This document shows, one piece after another, positions 1-10,245 of a stretch of 36,344 nt of DNA. Position numbers and translations under genes: made by a program. The number at the start of each line of letters is the position of its first letter. The stretch's first letter is position 1. Below the pieces are notes generated by a model. That model searched no databases and was not told the origin of the DNA. It was given only the letters and a program-made list of their open reading frames with translations. This DNA comes from an uncultured Bacteroides sp. (GTDB taxonomy: Bacteria; Bacteroidota; Bacteroidia; Bacteroidales; Muribaculaceae): NCBI GenBank assembly GCA_964477785.1, contig CAYZFL010000001.1:1-36344 (forward strand). The letters are read 5' to 3'.

Positions 1-1
1 G

Positions 2-1159
2 CGACACAATGTTGAGTGAGTTGCCCGTAATCGCAAGGTAGATGAATGATGCTATCAGCGAGATAGGAATGGTGATACAGATAATCAGCGTCGCCCTCCA
101 TCGGCCCAGGAACATAAACACCACGATGATAACGAAGAGGAGGGCATAAAGCACGGTCTCCTCAAGGGAGGCGATTGTGTTGCGGATATTATCGGAAGTA
201 TCGGCTATAAGACCCAGCTTCACATCCGACGGGAGACGCTTCTGGAGGGAGGGGAGCATGCTCTTCACCTTATCGGAAATCTCGACCGAGTTGGCGCCCG
301 ACTGCTTCTGAACCACAATCATGGCGCCCTTGACACCGTTGTTGAAAGTTTCCTGAGCCCTTTCCTCGAGCGAGTCATCGATTCGGGCCACATCGCGGAG
401 GAAAATATTGCGGCCGTCATAAGAGCCCACGACAATACCGGCCATTTCGGAGGCATCGGCAAACTCGCCTTTGACTCGGAGCGAGTAAGTCTCTGTGCCG
501 ATATCGAAGGCGCCGCCCGGCACATTGCGGTTTTCGGCGGCTATCACCTGGGCGATCTGTTCCACAGATATATTATAGGCCTCGAGTTTGGCGGGGTCGA
601 CATATATGTGAATCTCGCGCTGGGGAGCACCCGAAATCGAAACCGAGCCGACTCCCGATATTCGCGCCAGCGGGTTTGCAATCTCGTCGTCGAGAATCTT
701 ATAAAGGCCGGGAAGGCTCTCGTCGGCCTGAACCGACATGATAATTATAGGAATCATATCGGTCGAGAACTTGAATATGATTGGGGTCTCGGCATCGTCG
801 GGCAATGCCGAAGAAATCATGTCGAGTTTGTCTCGCACATCGTTAGTGAGCACGTCGATATCCTCGCCATATTCGAATTCGAGAGTAATCACTGAGATAT
901 TCTCACGCGATTTGGAGGTAATGTGCTTGAGGTCGTTGACCGAGTTGAGCACATTTTCCAGAGGACGTGTCACGTTCTGCTCAATATCCTGTGCGCTGGC
1001 TCCCTGGTAGGTGGTCATCACCATAATGGTGTTTGTATCGATATCGGGATAGAGATCGATAGGAAGTGTGCGTAATGAAAACAAACCCATAATCACCACA
1101 GCCACAAAAATGAGGGCCGTAGTAACCGGACGTTTCACCGCACTGCCATAGAGACTCAT
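2..1159 (-). CDS. RND efflux transporter permease (AcrB/AcrD/AcrF family), N-terminal part; truncated by the window start
   Basis: Not in the ORF track. Manual translation from ATG 1159 gives MSLYGSAVKRPVTTALIFVAVVIMGLFSLRTLPIDLYPDID...YQGASAQDIEQNVTRPLE...KQSGANSVEI...FLGRWRATLIICITIPISL, the classic RND N-terminus. It lies downstream of the MFP and TolC genes. Confidence 0.95.
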   Translation of the reverse strand, partial: MSLYGSAVKRPVTTALIFVAVVIMGLFSLRTLPIDLYPDIDTNTIMVMTTYQGASAQDIEQNVTRPLENVLNSVNDLKHITSKSRENISVITLEFEYGEDIDVLTNDVRDKLDMISSALPDDAETPIIFKFSTDMIPIIIMSVQADESLPGLYKILDDEIANPLARISGVGSVSISGAPQREIHIYVDPAKLEAYNISVEQIAQVIAAENRNVPGGAFDIGTETYSLRVKGEFADASEMAGIVVGSYDGRNIFLRDVARIDDSLEERAQETFNNGVKGAMIVVQKQSGANSVEISDKVKSMLPSLQKRLPSDVKLGLIADTSDNIRNTIASLEETVLYALLFVIIVVFMFLGRWRATLIICITIPISLIASFIYLAITGNSLNIVS

Positions 1160-1206
1160 ATTTTAATCGTATTGAGATTTAGAATTTATAAGTATCAGAT
1201 ATTTAA

Positions 1207-2247
1207 TCACTTATCTTTAAGGCGGACTTTTGCGCCGTGAGACAGGCGCGACTGGCCGGCAACCACGACGCTATCGCCCGACTCCACACCTGAGAGCAGT
1301 TCATAGTTCTCGTCAAGACGTTCGCCAAGCTCTACCTTGTTGTAGCTTACAGATCCGTTTTTATAGACGTAGACATATCGGTTTGCGCTGCCCGGCTGCT
1401 TGACCACAGCCCGGTCGGGAACCACCACAGAGTTACGCGAGCCTTTGCCTGATATAACCCTGCCGAACATGCCCGGCAAAATCTTCGAGCCGGGGTTGGG
1501 GAGCAGAAGCTCAACCTGGAAGGTTCTTGTCGCGGGGTCGACCGTGGGGCTGATGCGGGAAACCTTTGCCGTGAATTTCTCGTCGGGGAAAGCGTCGAGC
1601 GCCACTTCCACATCCTGGCCGCGGGTAAAAGAAGTGACATCAGTCTCCGAAGGATTGAGAATCATCTTAACTCTGGGCGAGAGCTGGCCCACGGTAAGCA
1701 CCGGGAGGCTTCCGGACATGTCGCCCGGGTCGTAGTTACGGGCGGTGACAACGCCGCTGATTGGCGAAGTAAGCACCGTGTTCTCACGCATATTGTTGTA
1801 TTGCGAGCGTGCGGCATCATACTGAGCCTTAAGCTGGTCGACCTGCTGACGTGTACCTGAACCAATCTCAAGCAACTGCGACGCACGGTCGTATTCACGT
1901 TTAATCTGCTCGAGGTTGATTTTAAGCTGGTCGAGCTGCGAGGCGTCGAGAGTGACGAGCACCTGTCCGCGCCTCACCTGATCACCCACATCCACACGGA
2001 TAGATTTGATGCGGTTTGGGGAGGCGGGCGATATATTGTTGATATTGTCGGCCTCGACGGTCGCCGTATAATTGCCCGAAAGAGGCACTTCCACCATGTT
2101 GACCTGCAATACCTCCACAATGGGAGTCTCATCTTCCTGAGCCTGAGTTACGGCTTTATCATTCTTGCCGTTGCATGAAGCCATGGCCATGACAGCGGCT
2201 ATGGCGCATGACCCGACAAATGCTTTTGATATATAGTTCTTCTTCAT
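1207..2247 (-). CDS. RND efflux periplasmic adaptor (membrane fusion protein), lipoprotein
   Basis: Lipobox AMASC; lipoyl halves (VDVGDQVRRGQVL, SPISGVV) flank a coiled coil; VDPATRTF and ILPGMF motifs. Confidence 0.95.
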   Translation of the reverse strand: MKKNYISKAFVGSCAIAAVMAMASCNGKNDKAVTQAQEDETPIVEVLQVNMVEVPLSGNYTATVEADNINNISPASPNRIKSIRVDVGDQVRRGQVLVTLDASQLDQLKINLEQIKREYDRASQLLEIGSGTRQQVDQLKAQYDAARSQYNNMRENTVLTSPISGVVTARNYDPGDMSGSLPVLTVGQLSPRVKMILNPSETDVTSFTRGQDVEVALDAFPDEKFTAKVSRISPTVDPATRTFQVELLLPNPGSKILPGMFGRVISGKGSRNSVVVPDRAVVKQPGSANRYVYVYKNGSVSYNKVELGERLDENYELLSGVESGDSVVVAGQSRLSHGAKVRLKDK

Positions 2248-2299
2248 TTTGAGATTTTTAATTTCAGATTAGATGATGCGCTGATTGAAATTGATTAAG

Positions 2300-3799
2300 T
2301 CAGCGTGAAGACTTGCGAGAGTCAGTGACTCCGTATTTTTCAAGCGGGGCGGAGCCGAGCAGTAGCTCAAGACCGGCATCGGCAACGAGATAATTGTAGA
2401 CAGCCTGAAGCCTTGAAAGACGGGCCTGAGTGAGAGCGAGCTCCGAGTCGCGCAGGTCGAGATAGCTTGCGGCACCCACATCAAAACTCTTCTTCATGAT
2501 GATGTGGGCTTCGTCGGCCTGATGCTCGCTTTCGATACAGCTTTCTATCTGTTTGACGTTGAGATTGATATTGTCGATTGCAAGATCGATCTGGCTGTTA
2601 ACCGAGCGATATAGATTCTCACGCTCGAGTCTTGCCTCGCGGCTCTGAATCTTGGCCTGTTTCAGCTTTGAGTATCTGCCTCCGCCCTCAAACAGAGGGA
2701 AGGAGAGATTGAGGCCGAACATGGAGTAGCCGGTCCAGCGGAAATTGCGGAAGGGGTTGCCGTTTGACGACGAGGTCCAGTTATAATTGATCGAAGCCGA
2801 AAGCGTGGGAGCAAAAGCCCATTTCTGCAGTTTGACGTTACGATCGGCAATCTGGAGCTGCACAGCGTTTAGTCTCAGCGAGGGATTGTTTTCCACTTCG
2901 GAAGCGGTAGAGGGAGTTGTGCGGGGGCTCATATTGCGCTCGAAATATTCAAGGTCAGAATCGGCATTCACAATATAGGATGCATCCATGCCCATAAGAA
3001 TCAGGAGCTGAAGCCGGGCCTGCTTTATGGCGATTTCGGCCTGGATAAGCTGAGGCTCGATATTTTTCATGGCCACTGAGGCGCGAAGGACATCGTATTT
3101 TGAAGCGGCACCGGCTTTCTCGTTTTTGGTATAGGTCTCGTAAGTGAGGCGTGCCATGTCGTAGCTTTCCTCAATGACCTTTCGGGAGTCCTGAGCAAGA
3201 AGCAGCGCGTAATAGGCGCCCTTGACCGAGTTGACCATCTCGAGACGGGAATTGCGCGCGGTTTCTACTGTCTGAAGTATCTGGCTGTCGGAAAGTTTCA
3301 TCGACTGCCACAGCTGAGGCATAAAGAGTGGCACCGAGGCCTGAAAACCGGTCGACCAGGAATTGTCGAGACCCATTTTAATACCGTTCATCTTCTTGGA
3401 GGAGCGGGACGATCTGGGAGCCTCGTCGCCTGATTCGGAACCTTCAGATCCGCTGCCTGAGCCGCCTCCAAGGCCGGGCATTCCGTCCATATTCATATAA
3501 GCCACCTGCTTGGCGAGCATGCGGTTATAAGTGGTTCCGAAACTGATATTCGGAAGGAGCTGGGCGAGGACTTCCTTTTTGGAATAATCCATGCGGGTGA
3601 TTTCCATGTCGGCCACCTGTATGGTGGGATTCTTGCTGAGAGCAATCTCGATGCATTTGTCAAGCGATAGTCTCAGTTCTTTTGTAGTCGTATCAGATAC
3701 TGCCGCAGTGTCTGTCGACGAAGTTGTTTGCTGTGCGATGGCTGCAGTATTAAGACAGAATGATCCGGCCAAAGCCATTATTGTGATGAATGATTTCAT
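2300..3799 (-). CDS. TolC-family outer membrane efflux protein
   Basis: Signal peptide, LSLDKCIEIALSKNP, two OEP repeats (PNISF / PTLSA; GAASKYD / GAASYLD); first gene of the efflux operon. Confidence 0.93.
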   Translation of the reverse strand: MKSFITIMALAGSFCLNTAAIAQQTTSSTDTAAVSDTTTKELRLSLDKCIEIALSKNPTIQVADMEITRMDYSKKEVLAQLLPNISFGTTYNRMLAKQVAYMNMDGMPGLGGGSGSGSEGSESGDEAPRSSRSSKKMNGIKMGLDNSWSTGFQASVPLFMPQLWQSMKLSDSQILQTVETARNSRLEMVNSVKGAYYALLLAQDSRKVIEESYDMARLTYETYTKNEKAGAASKYDVLRASVAMKNIEPQLIQAEIAIKQARLQLLILMGMDASYIVNADSDLEYFERNMSPRTTPSTASEVENNPSLRLNAVQLQIADRNVKLQKWAFAPTLSASINYNWTSSSNGNPFRNFRWTGYSMFGLNLSFPLFEGGGRYSKLKQAKIQSREARLERENLYRSVNSQIDLAIDNINLNVKQIESCIESEHQADEAHIIMKKSFDVGAASYLDLRDSELALTQARLSRLQAVYNYLVADAGLELLLGSAPLEKYGVTDSRKSSR

Positions 3800-3830
3800 G
3801 TAAGTACTTCAATTTTCCTCTATTTTACTG

Positions 3831-3861
3831 CAAATTTAATGATTTAGTATTTAGTATTAAA
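3831..3861 (-). promoter_or_regulatory. Bacteroidetes sigma-A promoter for the efflux operon
   Basis: CAAATTTA at 3831-3838 reads TAAATTTG (-7 consensus TAnnTTTG) on the minus strand; weak -33 (TTTA) 19 nt upstream. Confidence 0.6.
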
Positions 3862-4019
3862 TCTTCTCTTCCCAAAAGGGTAAGATTTGTGGTAAATTTA
3901 GAAAACATAGAGACTCTTTAAGTTTTATTTAACACTACGTCGTATTTTTATACAGTTCGGTGGCCGATTTTTTTGAAAAAATACGCAAATTTTAAGATGG
4001 GAATTAAGCCATAATTGAG

Positions 4020-4027
4020 TAATTTTG
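4020..4027 (+). promoter_or_regulatory. Candidate -7 promoter element for recF
   Basis: TAATTTTG matches TAnnTTTG about 90 nt upstream of recF; no clear -33. Confidence 0.5.
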
Positions 4028-4118
4028 TACTCGGTTTCCGGCTAAGGAAAAAGGTCGCAAGGAGAGGCCTGTTAAAAAACCGCTCACTGTCCGGGCCGGA
4101 CGTATATGAATTTGTATT

Positions 4119-5207
4119 ATGCAGATTGAAACACTGACTCTTAACTCATTCAAGAACATACACAAGGCGGAACTTGAATTCTGCCCCAAGGTCAACTGTT
4201 TCATAGGCGACAACGGCATGGGGAAAAGCAATTTGCTCGACGCCATATATTACCTTTCATATTGCCGCAGCTATACGGGTGTTTCAGATTCGCTGGTAGT
4301 GACCCGCGGAGAAGATGTGATGTTTCTTTCGGGGAAATACCTCCGCAAAGGTCTGGAAGAAGAGATTTCCGCAGGTGTGAAACCGGGTGAACGCAAGATA
4401 TTCCGCCGCGGCGGCAAGGAATACGACAGGCTGAAAGAACATATAGGACTCCTGCCCGTGGTCCTTGTCTCACCAGCCGACAATCAGCTCGTGGAGGGAC
4501 AGAGCGAAGTGCGCCGCAAATATCTCGACATGACTTTCGCCCAGGGCGACCCGGCATATCTCGATGCGCTGATGCGTTACCGCCACGCCCTGGAGCAGCG
4601 CAATAAAATGCTCAGGGAAGGCAGCACCGACTATGGCCTTTTTGAGGCCATGGAGATGCAGATGGACCGATATGGATCGGCACTGACCATGCGCCGCAGT
4701 CAGAAGGCCGTGGAGCTGCATAATTACTTCCGGGAATTCTATGCCGCCATCTCAGGCGGCGAGGAGGCCACGATTGCCTATAAGCCTTCGGTCAAAACCG
4801 ATGAGAACCTCGCCGACCTGCTTCTGCGAGACCGCGACCGTGACAGAATACTGAAATTCACCACCGTAGGCCCGCACCGCGACGACCTCGACATGAGCAT
4901 CGGCCCGCTGCAGGCCCGACATATCGCCTCTCAGGGCCAGCAGAAGACCTTCACCGTGGCCATGAGGCTTGCCCAGTTCTTTTTTCTTGAAAAAAGCTCA
5001 GGCATAAAGCCACTGCTATTGCTTGACGATATCTTCGACAAGCTTGATTCCAAGAGGGTGAAATGCATTATAAGCCTTGTGCTGAGGCCCGAGTTCGGCC
5101 AGATATTCATCACCGACACCAACGCAGCCCATATCGACGAGATGTTAGGTAAGGTGGCATCGGCCGAGAGCAAGGTCTTCAGGGTCGAGAAAGGAGAGAT
5201 ATCATGA
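4119..5207 (+). CDS. recF: DNA replication and repair protein RecF
   Basis: Walker A GDNGMGKSN, GPHRDDL, ASQGQQK signature, LLLLDDIFDKLD Walker B/D-loop. Confidence 0.97.
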   Translation: MQIETLTLNSFKNIHKAELEFCPKVNCFIGDNGMGKSNLLDAIYYLSYCRSYTGVSDSLVVTRGEDVMFLSGKYLRKGLEEEISAGVKPGERKIFRRGGKEYDRLKEHIGLLPVVLVSPADNQLVEGQSEVRRKYLDMTFAQGDPAYLDALMRYRHALEQRNKMLREGSTDYGLFEAMEMQMDRYGSALTMRRSQKAVELHNYFREFYAAISGGEEATIAYKPSVKTDENLADLLLRDRDRDRILKFTTVGPHRDDLDMSIGPLQARHIASQGQQKTFTVAMRLAQFFFLEKSSGIKPLLLLDDIFDKLDSKRVKCIISLVLRPEFGQIFITDTNAAHIDEMLGKVASAESKVFRVEKGEIS

Positions 5208-5494
5208 GGCGCACAGAGGCTAAATCGGTAACGGAAATCATCGCCGAGACCTTCGGACAGGGCGACAATTCAGAAAGGTTTGACCTCCAGAGGGCTTCAC
5301 TGGCATGGACTGAAGTGATGGGCCCTGAAGTAAACCGCCAGACTTTCCGCCGGTATATAGAGGGCACTAAGCTTCATGTGCATATCGTCTCGGCCTCCCT
5401 TAAAAACGAGCTTCTTTATCAGAAAGACAATATAATAAGAAACATAAACCGCACAGTGGGCAGGGATGTCCTTACAGACATTATAATTCACTGA
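5204..5494 (+). CDS. DUF721-family protein (DciA-like helicase loader candidate)
   Basis: 96 aa with W..VMGP...T and SASLKNEL motifs; 4-nt ATGA overlap with recF, the usual recF-DUF721 pairing. Confidence 0.85.
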   Translation: MRRTEAKSVTEIIAETFGQGDNSERFDLQRASLAWTEVMGPEVNRQTFRRYIEGTKLHVHIVSASLKNELLYQKDNIIRNINRTVGRDVLTDIIIH

Positions 5495-5577
5495 GACCTT
5501 CACCCAATTACCTAAAAAAGCCTCATGACAAATCCCAAGACTTCCTGACTCACTGAAAAACTGAAAACAATACCGAC

Positions 5578-6051
5578 ATGAGCACACACGTTCCACCACC
5601 GCTACCCGAATCGGGCACGACCCGCGAAATGGTCAGCTTCAGATTCAACGATATCGATGTCTTCGGACACCTAAACAACGCCGTATACCTCGAGCTACTC
5701 GATTTAGGTAAAGTGGTATATTTTCTTGACGCCAACGGAGGCAGATTCTCCGCCGGCAACATCGCATTCGTAATAGTACACATCGATATCAATTATTACC
5801 ATCCCACATACGCCACCGAGCACATCGACGTGGTGACGCGCCTTGACAAGCTCGGAGAAAAGAGCGCTGTGTTTGAGCAATGGGTAGTAGGCCGCGAATC
5901 GGATGAAATAAAGTGCCATGCCCGCACGGTTATGGCTCACATGAACAAGGACTTCAACCAGGCGGTGCCCATAAGCGATGAATACCGCGAGCACATACTC
6001 AACACTGTGAAGAAGCTCACGAGCGGCAAGGGTAAATATCTGTTTGAGTGA
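5578..6051 (+). CDS. Acyl-CoA thioesterase, hot-dog fold (4HBT/YbgC/FadM-like)
   Basis: RFNDIDVFGHLNNAVY catalytic motif. Confidence 0.9.
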   Translation: MSTHVPPPLPESGTTREMVSFRFNDIDVFGHLNNAVYLELLDLGKVVYFLDANGGRFSAGNIAFVIVHIDINYYHPTYATEHIDVVTRLDKLGEKSAVFEQWVVGRESDEIKCHARTVMAHMNKDFNQAVPISDEYREHILNTVKKLTSGKGKYLFE

Positions 6052-6090
6052 CTTTCAGAAATATCGGATTTGCCTCTCTGACAGACGAAA

Positions 6091-6432
6091 TTATTTTTCT
6101 CCGGCCGGTTGCGATTTTTCGTAATCGGCCTTCCTTTTGGGATTCATGGGAAACCAGCCCTTGAGCACACGCTGTCTCTGCTCAAACACTTCCATTATCG
6201 ACCAGAAGCATGAGAAACCTGTGACAGCAAGCAGCGCCGAGCCAAGCACATCCTTTACTATTACAGAGAATACGCAGCTAACAATGCCGGCTATCAGAAA
6301 GGCTATCCAGCAGCGTGTGCCGAAATAATATTCACCTTTTATTACAAGCGGATGAAAGAGGCCTATTACAAGAAACGAAAAGAGGCCTATCACTATGCCG
6401 AGTATGCCGTAATCCTGAAGTATCGCAGTCAT
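6091..6432 (-). CDS. DUF4491-like small membrane protein
   Basis: IGLFHPLVIKGEYYFG and FEQRQRVLKGWFPMNPKR motifs; three hydrophobic segments. Confidence 0.8.
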   Translation of the reverse strand: MTAILQDYGILGIVIGLFSFLVIGLFHPLVIKGEYYFGTRCWIAFLIAGIVSCVFSVIVKDVLGSALLAVTGFSCFWSIMEVFEQRQRVLKGWFPMNPKRKADYEKSQPAGEK

Positions 6433-6484
6433 TTCTATAATTTTTGAGATTTTAGTTTAGCAGTATTTCGTATTTCTCATTAAG

Positions 6485-7417
6485 TCATTTCCTTACTCCG
6501 GCTTTTTCAAGCGCCGCGTAGAGAAGATTGGTGAATTCATAATTTTTCAGGCCCCAGTCGGGAGCAACACGGAGCGCGGGCGGTGCCGAGGAGACAAATC
6601 TTTCTATTGAAATATCTTTGCGCAAAGCCTTCACCACTTCCACGCAGAAAGAGATATAATCATTAAGTCCCCAGAGTTTTACATAATTTTCATTCTGAAT
6701 GTACCTGCGATAAAGTTGCGTTGCCTTAAGCACCTGAAGATGATGAAATTTGACAATATCGACCGGAAGAGAGTTGATTTTCCTCACCGTCTCAAGCATC
6801 ATCTCCCTGCTCTCGCCCGGAAGGCCGAAGATGAAATGAAGGCCCACGTGAAAGCCATATTGATGAAGCTTGGCGACGGCTTCGACGGTCTGTGACCAAG
6901 TGTGGCCGCGGTTAATTTCTTTCAGGGTTTTGTCATGCGAAGATTCGGCGCCAAGTTCTATCACGGCCTTGATTCCTGCATCTTTCAATCCCATTAGAAG
7001 ATAGTCGGAGAGACAGTCGGGCCTTGTACCGATTACAATCCCTTCCACTCCAGGCACCTCTGCGGCAAAGCGATAAAGATCAAGAAGTTTGTCTTCGTCT
7101 CCGTATGTGTTTGTATACGACTGGAAATAAACGAGATACTTCATATCAGGATATTTCCTCGCAAAGAATGACTTTGATTTGTTTATCGATGACATGAGTT
7201 CTGCCGAACTTGAAAGACTTCTGAATGCAGCCCGTTCGTTTTCTGATATTATAGGGCTGAAAGATGCGTTGTTGCAGTAAATACATCCGTTGCGGCCAAT
7301 CGTGCCGTCACGGTTGGGACATGTGCAACCGACATCGACCGTAAGTTTCTGCAACTTTGTCACATCGGGGAAAACTTTTGACGTGAAGTCGGAAAAATCT
7401 CTGTAATAAGGATTCAT
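6485..7417 (-). CDS. TIGR01212/YhcC-family radical SAM protein
   Basis: CPNRDGTIGRNGCIYC cluster motif, YFQSYTNTY, IGTRPDC, ELGAES, RGH. Confidence 0.93.
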   Translation of the reverse strand: MNPYYRDFSDFTSKVFPDVTKLQKLTVDVGCTCPNRDGTIGRNGCIYCNNASFSPIISENERAAFRSLSSSAELMSSINKSKSFFARKYPDMKYLVYFQSYTNTYGDEDKLLDLYRFAAEVPGVEGIVIGTRPDCLSDYLLMGLKDAGIKAVIELGAESSHDKTLKEINRGHTWSQTVEAVAKLHQYGFHVGLHFIFGLPGESREMMLETVRKINSLPVDIVKFHHLQVLKATQLYRRYIQNENYVKLWGLNDYISFCVEVVKALRKDISIERFVSSAPPALRVAPDWGLKNYEFTNLLYAALEKAGVRK

Positions 7418-7449
7418 GTCTGGCCGGAATTTAGACGCCGATTACATGG

Positions 7450-8481
7450 TCAGGCCTCAGAAACTGCGAAATCCCTTCTTGCTCTGTCGGCGAGAGTCAT
7501 GTCGAGAATCGTAATCCAGGCCATTGCCTCAACCACAGGCACAGCGCGGAATGCCACGCAAGCGTCATGGCGACCCCTGATTTTCAGTACGACAGGATTT
7601 CCGGAGTCATCGACAATGGGTTGAGGCATTCTGATTGAGGCCGCAGGCTTAAATGCCACGTTGAAAACTACGGGCTGCCCGTTCGTGATGCCACCTTGAA
7701 TACCTCCCGAATTGTTGGTCATTGGAATAACCTCTCCACTTTCCGGATCCTTGATATACAGGTCGTTTTGCATGCTACCCGGCACCGAAACGCCTTCGAA
7801 GCCCATGCCATATTCAAAACCTTTTGCAGCAGGAATCGACATCATCGCTGAAGCGAGCCAGCCCTGAAATTTATCGTAAACCGGTTCACCAAGGCCTGCA
7901 GGCAGACCTGTAATCTCACATTTCACCACCCCGCCTATCGAGTCGCCGAATGAAGCGTATCGGGCGGCCTCGTCAAGCAGTTCCTCCTGCGAGCCGATGC
8001 AGTCACCTACTCTTTCCACCATTGCTTTCACCTCTATACCTCTGCTTTTCAAAGCCATGCGGGCAAAAGCTCCGGCCACGACGCGGCAGGCTGTCTCGCG
8101 GGCAGAAGCCCGGCCACCTCCGCGATAGTCGCGGATGCCGTATTTCTCGAGATAAGCACGGTCGGCATGCGAGGGACGGCTTATGTTTTTCAATTCCTCA
8201 TAGTCGGCGCTGCGGCTGTCAGTGTTGCGGATAATGAAACCTATAGGCGTGCCCAGAGTGAATCCTTCAAAAACGCCTGACAAAATTTCCACCTCATCCG
8301 ATTCTTTCCTCGCCGATTCGGCGGCATTGCCTTTACCCGGGCGACGGCGTTTCATGGCCTCGTCGAGAAGTTCACGGTCAAAAGCAACGCCCGAGGGCAT
8401 ACCGTCAATCACGCCTCCTATCGCCGGGCCGTGACTCTCACCGAAAGTGGTCACTGTGAAATATTTGCCGAAAGTATTCAT
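7450..8481 (-). CDS. aroC: Chorismate synthase
   Basis: FGESHG, RPSHAD, RGGGRASARET, GGIQGGITNG and GRHDAC signatures. Confidence 0.97.
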   Translation of the reverse strand: MNTFGKYFTVTTFGESHGPAIGGVIDGMPSGVAFDRELLDEAMKRRRPGKGNAAESARKESDEVEILSGVFEGFTLGTPIGFIIRNTDSRSADYEELKNISRPSHADRAYLEKYGIRDYRGGGRASARETACRVVAGAFARMALKSRGIEVKAMVERVGDCIGSQEELLDEAARYASFGDSIGGVVKCEITGLPAGLGEPVYDKFQGWLASAMMSIPAAKGFEYGMGFEGVSVPGSMQNDLYIKDPESGEVIPMTNNSGGIQGGITNGQPVVFNVAFKPAASIRMPQPIVDDSGNPVVLKIRGRHDACVAFRAVPVVEAMAWITILDMTLADRARRDFAVSEA

Positions 8482-8966
8482 TCTGTTTCAAGGGTTATGG
8501 GTGCTACCGTAGCCTTGACAAGCTTTATCAGGTCGACGGGTGCAAGCTGCACCTGCATGCCGCGCATTCCGGCACTGATATATATCTTTTCGTGCGCCAT
8601 ACAGCTCTCGTCAATTACCACGGGGAAGGCCTTCTTCAGGCCAATAGGCGAGCAACCGCCACGAATGTAGCCGGTCACGGGCAGGAGTTCTTTCATGGGT
8701 ATGGTGGCGACTTTTTTCTCACCTCTTACAGTGGCAGCCTTCTTGAGGTCGACCGACTCTGCGCCCGGTATGACGCATACGAAATAGCCACCTTTGGCGC
8801 CGTGAAGTATCAGCGTCTTAAACACAGTGGCGATATCCTCGCCCAGGCTCTCGGCAACATGCACCGCCGAGAGATCGTTCTCATCAACCTGATATTCCCT
8901 GGTGGAATATGCTATTTTTGCCTTGTCGAGTATGCGGCAGACATTGGTTTTGTTTTCGTGTGCCAT
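8478..8966 (-). CDS. ybaK: Cys-tRNA(Pro) deacylase YbaK
   Basis: TNVCRILD, VFKTL, TGYIRGGCSPIG, ISAGMRG motifs. Confidence 0.93.
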   Translation of the reverse strand: MAHENKTNVCRILDKAKIAYSTREYQVDENDLSAVHVAESLGEDIATVFKTLILHGAKGGYFVCVIPGAESVDLKKAATVRGEKKVATIPMKELLPVTGYIRGGCSPIGLKKAFPVVIDESCMAHEKIYISAGMRGMQVQLAPVDLIKLVKATVAPITLETE

Positions 8967-8969
8967 AAG

Positions 8970-9464
8970 TCAGCGTCCGGGTCCTTTGGTATTGATATCC
9001 TGCATATTTTCGTCATCGTCAAGGAAATCTTCATCGAAGTCGAAGTCATAATCGGAATCGGGGTCATAAATATCGGAAGTGAATTTCGAGAGTTCCCTGC
9101 CCTCGCGCTTCGTGGGACGGCCTAAACCTTTGCGACGATCGACGAATCCACCAATCTTCACCATATCAAGGAGATAAAGCTGATCGGGCGAAGTGATGTT
9201 CTCCATATAATCCGACACCAGCTTGGCTCCGAGACGGTTTTCAGTCAGCGCCTTTACCCTGAAGGAATAAGTCACCGGCGGTTTCTTGACGTTGACAATG
9301 TCGCCTACCTTTATCATTCGCGAGGGTTTCGCGGTGATAATGCCACTGTGTTCGTCACCGATGGTCACGCGGCCTTTCTTGCAAGCGTCGGTCGCCACTG
9401 TGCGGGTTTTGAAAATCCTCACGGCCCACAGCCACTTGTCTATACGTATTTCAGACTTTGCCAT
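8970..9464 (-). CDS. hslR: S4-domain RNA-binding protein (Hsp15/HslR-like)
   Basis: RIDKWLWAVRIFKTR S4 motif, GRPTKREGR, acidic tail. Confidence 0.9.
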   Translation of the reverse strand: MAKSEIRIDKWLWAVRIFKTRTVATDACKKGRVTIGDEHSGIITAKPSRMIKVGDIVNVKKPPVTYSFRVKALTENRLGAKLVSDYMENITSPDQLYLLDMVKIGGFVDRRKGLGRPTKREGRELSKFTSDIYDPDSDYDFDFDEDFLDDDENMQDINTKGPGR

Positions 9465-9475
9465 ACCGGTTATAG

Positions 9476-10180
9476 TTATTTAGCGTCAGAACTTTCAGCT
9501 GAAGTTGCTTTGGTATCATTAGCAGTAGCGGGCTGAGAACAGAATTTTTTCCCGTCCTCAGGTTCTTCCTTGGGAGGCAGACCGGCCAACTCTCTTTCCT
9601 TATTTGTAAGCACCGGCTCGGCACCATTGAATGCACACATAGCCTTCTGGCATCCTTCGAGAACGAATTTGCGTATCGCAACCACCGCGAGTTTCAGTCT
9701 CGCCGGCATTTCTTTCTGCTGGTCGGGAGTGAAATTTCCCAAGACATAGTCAATCTGGCAACCACGCAGGAAGTCGTGGCCCACACCGAAACGCAGACGG
9801 GCATAATTATTGGTGCCGAGCATTTCGGCAATCGATTTCAGGCCGTTGTGACCGGCGTCGCTGCCGCCCGGCCTGATGCGTATGGCGCCAAAAGGCAATG
9901 AGATATCATCGACAAGTATAAGTATGTTTTTGATATCGATGTCTTCCTTGTCCTTCCAGTATTTCACGGCAATGCCGCTGAGATTCATATAAGTTGAGGG
10001 CTTAAGCAACACTACCAGCCGGTTCTTTATACGGCCGGTACCCACATCCCCGTAACGTGCGGTGCTTAAAGAAATATTGGATGCCTCAGCCAAGGCATCC
10101 AATATTTTAAAACCTGCGTTGTGGCGGGTATTGCGGTATTCTTCTCCGATGTTGCCTAATCCTACGATCAGATATTTCAT
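9476..10180 (-). CDS. pth: Peptidyl-tRNA hydrolase
   Basis: LIVGLGNIG..Y.NTRHNAGF, YMNLSG, GHNGLKS, RLRFGVG. Confidence 0.97.
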   Translation of the reverse strand: MKYLIVGLGNIGEEYRNTRHNAGFKILDALAEASNISLSTARYGDVGTGRIKNRLVVLLKPSTYMNLSGIAVKYWKDKEDIDIKNILILVDDISLPFGAIRIRPGGSDAGHNGLKSIAEMLGTNNYARLRFGVGHDFLRGCQIDYVLGNFTPDQQKEMPARLKLAVVAIRKFVLEGCQKAMCAFNGAEPVLTNKERELAGLPPKEEPEDGKKFCSQPATANDTKATSAESSDAK

Positions 10181-10245
10181 TGAAGATATGTTTTAGAATC
10201 AGGCTCTCAGAATTGAGAGGCCATGAATACGCTTAATCGTGAAAA

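Noticed and set aside
319-1010. Short ORFs at the window start
   Set aside because: They overlap the minus-strand RND permease, which the track missed because its stop codon lies outside the window.
3390-3490. Gly/Ser-rich low-complexity stretch in TolC
   Set aside because: It falls in the variable extracellular loop of this family and is not a DNA-level tandem repeat.
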